Below, one piece after another: positions 6,432 through 12,019 of a stretch of DNA of 12,019 bases. Position numbers and translations under genes: made by a program. The stretch is taken from the NCBI GenBank assembly GCA_050115495.1, contig JASFQK010000069.1:1-12019 (forward strand), in the 5' to 3' direction. The stretch comes from Phycisphaerae bacterium. Lineage in GTDB: Bacteria; Planctomycetota; Phycisphaerae; UBA1845; Fen-1342. The notes below the pieces were generated by a model. It had not been told where the DNA came from. It saw nothing but the letters and a program-made list of their open reading frames with translations, and ran no database searches. Position 1 is the first letter of the stretch. Every line of letters starts with the position of its first letter.

Positions 6432-9400
6432 TGTACAAGGCCAGGAAGACAATGTCCATCGTCACGTTGTTTATCGCGGTCACGTTGAGCGCCTCGGCGG
6501 CGGCTCAGATTACGTCCAACGCCGGCGACGGCGTGCTGAATGCGCCGTATCGCGGAACGATCACGTCGCTGCGCGAGTTGTGCGCCGACATCCCCTATGG
6601 AGAGGTGAAGACTCACTGCGAGCCGCTCTTCGTAGACACGAACTACATAACCAGTAGCACATACAGCGTGTGGGTGCTGCAGGAAACCGCCGACGATCAG
6701 TCCTGGGATCGAAGTGTGATTCGGCTCTTTGAGGGTGTCGATGGGAGTGGTGCCGAACTGGACCTAACCGGGACGAGCCAGGCGAATCCCATCACGCGCT
6801 CCGTATCCGCCGACGATTTTGTGCGCATGTCGGTCAAGGCGATCGGCACCCGGACGACGGAACCGCTGAAGTTCCGGTTGCGCTTCTCCTATTCGATTAA
6901 CGGCACTCCCACGACGGCGACGCGGACGTTTGTCGTGGCACCAATCACTGGTTCATTCTCTGTGCTGCCGGGAGAAAGCGAGGCATTCCACCTGGGCACG
7001 CCGATTCTCGACGTGACGGCCGGGGCGGCTCACCTCATGGTGCCCGTCGGACGCACTGCCGAGATGATTGGAGCGACCTTCGAGGATAAGGACAACCGGC
7101 TCGGGCCGTCTGTCATGCAAACAGCGGATGTCCTCCTTCCCGGGGCCGCGGAGTCCGTGTTTATTCAAAACAGCTTGCAGTTCAAGCTGGGAGGGACTTA
7201 CGGCAAGACGGCTTGGGGCGCACCGTGGCCGGGACACTTGATCGGCTACTACAGCTCAGGTGACACATGGGGGCCGGATGCCACCCACTACGATTCAGAC
7301 GCCCCGACCGGCCAAGATGGCGTGCGCTGCTATGACCGCATCCGCCCGCGGGACTTGGCGAACGCGCATCCTGCCACGCAGCAGTTGACGTACGATGGCA
7401 GCGACCTTGTTACGCAGATCCATGACGGCGCGAGCCCCCATAATGTGATCACTCTGCAGCGCAGCGTTGGCGTCGTGACGCGTATTACGACTTCAGACGG
7501 GCGTGGCTGGGATATTGGCAGTGATCAAGTCGACGGGTGGATCACCTCGGTCGAACCAGACAGCGGTAAAGGGGCACGTTTCTTTGTACACAACGCCGCG
7601 GGCCGCGTCACGCAGGTCAAGGACGCCAATGACCAGGTGATGTACGAGTATGTCTACGCGAATGATCCAACAGGTCTGCCGACCAAGCTCACTACGGAAC
7701 GCCGGTATATCCAAGCCGACGGCGAGCTGCGTGACGCTGTAGTCCATGAGACGATTGGGGACTACCACTTGCGAAGGAAGGAATTCACGGGTAGCGGTGA
7801 GTATCGGCAGTATGACTTCTTCTACGACGAGGCGGATTCGCTGAGACACCGGTTGGCCTGTGTGCGAACCTACCGCGATCCTAACGGCGCCGACCCGCCC
7901 CACTACGATACTATCTACACGCATGATATCAACAAGCCGGCAGGAGCGATGGTCATCACACAGATCACACTGCCGGATCTATCCACGATCGCCTATGAGT
8001 ACGACCATCACCTCGAGGCAGGCACGGTGCACTTCGGGTTTCGGAGCAAGACAACGCACACCGGGGCGGGGGGCTCTCTCGTCACGTACGATGTCGATCA
8101 TGACTTTCTGTACGTTAACGCGCTTGAAGAGACGCGCCTTTATCATCGACCACGCATCGTCGCCGAACGCGATGGGCTCGGACATGAGGTTGGGTACCAG
8201 TACGAAGAAGGGGGTGTGGACAGCGATCTCGATGGTCGGAGTGATGGTCTGACTGGGGAGAAATCGAATGACCTGCTGCGCCGCTTCGGTCCGACGATTG
8301 CGGAGGGTTGTTCGGGAACGCGCGTGCCGGAAGCGCGCTACTATTACTACAACTATTACGACCCAGAGCCGGTACGGCGCGTGCTCAAACGGGTTGAAGT
8401 GGATTATGACGACGGACTCTGTCGCAACACGGAGTACGAATACGATGACCTGTTGCGACGCACGGCAGTCGTCGTCGACCGCGGCGGCAAGGACATCCGA
8501 ACGGAGTACCAGTACGTCGATGATGCGCCGACACAGGATCGAATCGTCATCGATCCGGACGATTACTGGACGAAGACGCAGTTTGACGCGGACGGGCGTG
8601 TGTCGAACGTTCGCCGGTATCTTGACCCAGGTGGAGCAACGGGCAACTACTACCAGACCGCGTATCAATACGACGTCAACGGCCGGCTCGAATACGAGAT
8701 TATCGACAACAAGGACCAGGCTGGGGTAGCCCTTAGTCCGGCGACGATCACGACGCAGTACACGCACGATCGGCTGGGCCGGCTCACCATGCGCGAGGTC
8801 GATCCGAGCGGGATCGGCCAGGAGTCACACACTGATTACAATTGGCTGAATGATGTGACGCAGACGTACGATACGTCTGGCCGTGGCATGCAACGTGAGT
8901 ACGACGGACGGGGACTGGTCAAGTACGAGACTCCAGTCACAGCGCCCGAAACGCCCGTGGGGGCGTTGACAACGGAATTCACGTACGACGCTATGGGGCG
9001 GCTCAGGTTTACCGATCTCCCCACCGGTGCCCAGGACGAGATCATGTACGACGACTTCGGTCGTACGTGGAAGCAGATCCGGCATCCGGGACCGGATGGC
9101 GGGTCCACCATTACAAACGAGTTCGAGTACGACGCGGCCAGCCACGTTGAGCGCGGCCACGCATATGAGGACGACGGCCGGACAATTCGCCATCTGTCCG
9201 ACGTAACGCACGAATACGACGAAGGCGGTTTCCGTTACGAGTCGCGGCAGCGCCTGACCGCTGGCGACGACACCGCCTCGGATCCGCTTACGCAATGGAA
9301 ATTCGACTGGGCCGGCAACGTCATCGAGGAGCGGGCCAAGGGAGAGAGCGGACGGGGCGACGACGACCGCGTCATCACAACGTTGTACGACGCCGCAAAC

Positions 9401-12019
9401 CGCGTTGAGAGCACGCTTGACTCGGAAGATGGCGAGACGATCTACGACCGGGATGACCGCGGGAACGTTGAGCAGCTTCAAGTCAAGCTCACAGATCGTG
9501 CCTACGCCGTCACCGACACGATGTACGACGCCCTGAGCCGGGCGACGCGTGTGACGGATCCGCCGGACGCCACCGGCCTGAGGCATTATCGCGAGCGCTT
9601 CTACGACTCACGCGGTAACCTGAGACGCGAAACGGCGAAGGCGTACGGGGGAGACGCCGTGCAGACGGCGATCTCCGAGTACGACAATGCCGGCCGACTT
9701 GATTATCAAGCAATGCTGGATGACGCCGACGGGACGGCGCTAGCCGGCCGCGATGTCGACCGCGTCGTCGACTATGAGTACGACCAGGACGGTCGGCTGC
9801 GCTTCCGGACAACGTACAACAACGGCACGACATCGCCCCTGACGACCGAGACCACCTACGACAGTCTCGGCCGGGTCGACGTCGTCACGGATCCGTCGGG
9901 TAGTACGACCAGCAACGGATATGCGGCCAATGGACGCCTCAATCAGAGGACGGTTGACGATGGCTACGGCCCGCGCGTATTCACCTTTGGCTATGACGGT
10001 CACGACCGGGTTACATCACGGACTGCGGTCGGTGATGGCCGAACGCCCGCCCTGGTTACGTCATACGAGCTCGACGGCCTTGGCCGCGCGGTTCGTATCA
10101 CTGACCCGAAGGGCGTCATCACCCGAACCGACTATGACCTGACCGGCCAGCGTGTGGCCGTCGTGGAAAACGAAGGTGGCGGGGTGCTCGAACGCACCAC
10201 CAATTACGACTACGACCGACTCAACCAGCTCGTCACGCAAACGGCCGTCAACAAGTCCTCCAGCGGAACGCCGCTGGACGACCAGGTCACGCAGCACCGC
10301 TACGACACGCTCGGTCGGTTGGAGTGCACCGTCTACCCGGACAGCCTCGCCGATCCGGAGGACCCGGATTGCGTCGACTGCCTTCGCATGGCGTACGACC
10401 TGGGCGGCCGGCAGATCTTCCGCCACGATCAACGCGCCGTCGAGACGACCTACGTCCACGACGACCGCGGCCTGCTGATTTCGCGCACGACGGGTCGCGA
10501 CGTCGACACGTTCGGCTACGATGCGCTCGGTCGGATGACCTCTGCGAGCCGGGGCGATTCGCAGATCGAACGCGATTACACCGACCTCGGCGATCTCGAC
10601 TACGAGACTCAAACACTCGGCGGTCGTGCTGCGCGGACGGTCGACTATACGAGCGATCAGGCCGGTAACTGTACGCAGCTCCAGTACCCCAACGGCGCCG
10701 CGCTGACGTACACCGCCACGGCGTTGAACCAGGTGGACACGATCACGCTCGGCGTGAACCCGCTTGTTGAGTACGGCTACAAGGGAGACGGTCACCTGCT
10801 CGACTTCCGTCGCACGACGACGGACGAGCCGAGTGGTACGACCGTTTACGACACTGGTTTCGACTACGACATCCACCGCCGCACGACCGTGATCGAGAAC
10901 TACCTCGAGGTCGGCGGCCTACCGGATCTGATCGCCTCCTACGGCTTCACGCATGACGCCAACGGCAACCCGCTGACGCAGACGGCCGGCGGCTGGCCCG
11001 ATTTCGCGCCTGACGATCGGGTCTTCGCCGTCGACGATCTCGATCGGCTGACCGGCACGACCTATGACGAGCTCGGCAGCACCGAGTCCACGACGTTCGA
11101 CCTGCTCGGCAACCGGGAAATGCACACCGACCGGGCGGGCACGACGACGCCGTACGGCCCGGTGAACGCGGCGAACGAGTATCCGGCGATCGACGGATAC
11201 GCGTTGGCGTATGACGCAGCGGGCAATTTGATCGTCGACGAAGAGGGCCGGGAGTACGACTACGACGAGTTCGACCGCCTGACGGAAGTCCGGGACGTCG
11301 AAGAGGCCGTCCTGGTGCGGTACACGTACGACGCTCTGGGTCGGCGGGTGCTGAGCGAGTTTTCGCCGAACGATCCGCCGAATGCGTACACGATTCGGTA
11401 CGTGTACGACGGCCGCCGGATTATCGAGGAACGTGACGCCGCGGACGCGCTGACGTGTTATCACGTGAACGGGGCCCAGTTTATCGATGAACGGGTGGCG
11501 ACGTACCGGGTTGAGGAAGAGCGTTCGGCGGGTCCGGGAGCGTTCCCGGCTGGGGCCGGCGGGCGTTTGGGCGTGTTCACGTATTATCTGGAGAGTGGGA
11601 ACCACTCGGTGGTGGCGGTGGGCGACGCCGCCGGGTCGGTGGTGGAGCGGCTGGACTATGGTTCTGGGGGCGATTTCGGGGGCAGTGGGCCGGTCTACCT
11701 GATCGCCGACAGCAATTGCGACGGGCTGGTCAGCAACTTCGATATCACCCCGTTCCTGCTGGCGATGGAAGGTCGCGAGGGATGGGAGGCGTTGTACGAC
11801 TGCGACTACCTCTGCGCGAACGACCTGACCGGCGATGGCTTGGTGAACAACTTCGACCTCAGTCCGTTCATCAGTTGCCTGGCGGACGGTGGGTGTGGGA
11901 CGTGCACGCCGGTGGGGAGCGGTTCGGCTCCGCCGCCGACGGGGACGTTTGCGTTGCACGGTCGGCCGGTGGACGTGCTGGCGGACGGGAAGGTGCTGGT
12001 GTACGTGCGGGCGCGGTAC
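6431..12019 (+). CDS. Large secreted RHS/YD-repeat protein (probable polymorphic toxin carrier), 3' truncated by the window edge
   Basis: Manual translation from ATG 6431, which overlaps the TPR stop (TGATG), is open for 1863 codons to the last base. Signal peptide MYKARKTMSIVTLFIAVTLSASAAAQ. Many YD repeats, e.g. YQYDVNGRL, FTYDAMGRL, YEYDQDGRL, YDTLGRL, YTYDALGRRV. RHS-core-like end YYLESGNHSVVAVGDAAGSVVERLDY...FALHGRPVD...LVYVRARY. Absent from the ORF track because no stop falls in the window. Confidence 0.93.
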   Translation, partial: MYKARKTMSIVTLFIAVTLSASAAAQITSNAGDGVLNAPYRGTITSLRELCADIPYGEVKTHCEPLFVDTNYITSSTYSVWVLQETADDQSWDRSVIRLFEGVDGSGAELDLTGTSQANPITRSVSADDFVRMSVKAIGTRTTEPLKFRLRFSYSINGTPTTATRTFVVAPITGSFSVLPGESEAFHLGTPILDVTAGAAHLMVPVGRTAEMIGATFEDKDNRLGPSVMQTADVLLPGAAESVFIQNSLQFKLGGTYGKTAWGAPWPGHLIGYYSSGDTWGPDATHYDSDAPTGQDGVRCYDRIRPRDLANAHPATQQLTYDGSDLVTQIHDGASPHNVITLQRSVGVVTRITTSDGRGWDIGSDQVDGWITSVEPDSGKGARFFVHNAAGRVTQVKDANDQVMYEYVYANDPTGLPTKLTTERRYIQADGELRDAVVHETIGDYHLRRKEFTGSGEYRQYDFFYDEADSLRHRLACVRTYRDPNGADPPHYDTIYTHDINKPAGAMVITQITLPDLSTIAYEYDHHLEAGTVHFGFRSKTTHTGAGGSLVTYDVDHDFLYVNALEETRLYHRPRIVAERDGLGHEVGYQYEEGGVDSDLDGRSDGLTGEKSNDLLRRFGPTIAEGCSGTRVPEARYYYYNYYDPEPVRRVLKRVEVDYDDGLCRNTEYEYDDLLRRTAVVVDRGGKDIRTEYQYVDDAPTQDRIVIDPDDYWTKTQFDADGRVSNVRRYLDPGGATGNYYQTAYQYDVNGRLEYEIIDNKDQAGVALSPATITTQYTHDRLGRLTMREVDPSGIGQESHTDYNWLNDVTQTYDTSGRGMQREYDGRGLVKYETPVTAPETPVGALTTEFTYDAMGRLRFTDLPTGAQDEIMYDDFGRTWKQIRHPGPDGGSTITNEFEYDAASHVERGHAYEDDGRTIRHLSDVTHEYDEGGFRYESRQRLTAGDDTASDPLTQWKFDWAGNVIEERAKGESGRGDDDRVITTLYDAANRVESTLDSEDGETIYDRDDRGNVEQLQVKLTDRAYAVTDTMYDALSRATRVTDPPDATGLRHYRERFYDSRGNLRRETAKAYGGDAVQTAISEYDNAGRLDYQAMLDDADGTALAGRDVDRVVDYEYDQDGRLRFRTTYNNGTTSPLTTETTYDSLGRVDVVTDPSGSTTSNGYAANGRLNQRTVDDGYGPRVFTFGYDGHDRVTSRTAVGDGRTPALVTSYELDGLGRAVRITDPKGVITRTDYDLTGQRVAVVENEGGGVLERTTNYDYDRLNQLVTQTAVNKSSSGTPLDDQVTQHRYDTLGRLECTVYPDSLADPEDPDCVDCLRMAYDLGGRQIFRHDQRAVETTYVHDDRGLLISRTTGRDVDTFGYDALGRMTSASRGDSQIERDYTDLGDLDYETQTLGGRAARTVDYTSDQAGNCTQLQYPNGAALTYTATALNQVDTITLGVNPLVEYGYKGDGHLLDFRRTTTDEPSGTTVYDTGFDYDIHRRTTVIENYLEVGGLPDLIASYGFTHDANGNPLTQTAGGWPDFAPDDRVFAVDDLDRLTGTTYDELGSTESTTFDLLGNREMHTDRAGTTTPYGPVNAANEYPAIDGYALAYDAAGNLIVDEEGREYDYDEFDRLTEVRDVEEAVLVRYTYDALGRRVLSEFSPNDPPNAYTIRYVYDGRRIIEERDAADALTCYHVNGAQFIDERVATYRVEEERSAGPGAFPAGAGGRLGVFTYYLESGNHSVVAVGDAAGSVVERLDYGSGGDFGGSGPVYLIADSNCDGLVSNFDITPFLLAMEGREGWEALYDCDYLCANDLTGDGLVNNFDLSPFISCLADGGCGTCTPVGSGSAPPPTGTFALHGRPVDVLADGKVLVYVRARY
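11705..11881 (+). repeat. Duplicated EF-hand/dockerin-like module within the RHS protein
   Basis: DSNCDGLVSNFDITPFLLA (from 11708) and DLTGDGLVNNFDLSPFISC (from 11822) lie 38 aa apart. Both have the Dx[N/T]xDGxVxxxD Ca-binding loop plus helix pattern of dockerins. Confidence 0.85.

Noticed and set aside
8339..8359. TACTATTACTACAACTATTAC low-complexity run
   Set aside because: It simply encodes YYYYNYY within the YD-repeat protein and is not an independent repeat element.
7493..11959. Minus-strand ORFs opposite the RHS gene (7979..8767, 8825..9586, 10061..10876, 10919..11959) and short + ORFs in other frames
   Set aside because: Their Val-rich translations are the antisense of TAC/GAC (Tyr/Asp) codons. 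The continuous frame from 6431 explains the region.
11948..12019. Identity of the RHS C-terminal toxin, the DPxG autocleavage motif and any immunity gene
   Set aside because: All lie beyond the window edge, so no call is possible.

Overview
A GC-rich bacterial window, probably Planctomycetota (Phycisphaerae-like), inferred only from a characteristic dockerin-like module. All credible genes are on the + strand, in three blocks. (1) The 3' end of a small Cys-rich ORF (<1-300). (2) A tight two-gene cassette: an 863-aa gamma-class amino-DNA-methyltransferase with Type IIG-like layout, whose N-terminal nuclease-like domain appears catalytically dead (633-3224), followed 3 nt later by a PIN/VapC RNase that keeps all four acidic residues and has no separate antitoxin gene (3228-3791). 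A long RNA-like hairpin precedes the cassette. This is the best candidate for an undescribed defence or toxin-antitoxin system. (3) After a ~1.27-kb spacer with no convincing gene, a signal-peptide TPR protein (5067-6431) overlaps by 1 nt a very large signal-peptide RHS/YD-repeat gene (6431->12019, at least 1863 codons). The ORF track misses this gene because it has no stop in the window. A duplicated EF-hand/dockerin-like module is inserted inside its RHS core. No rRNA, tRNA, CRISPR array or transposase was recognised. All calls come from manual motif reading; no searches were run.
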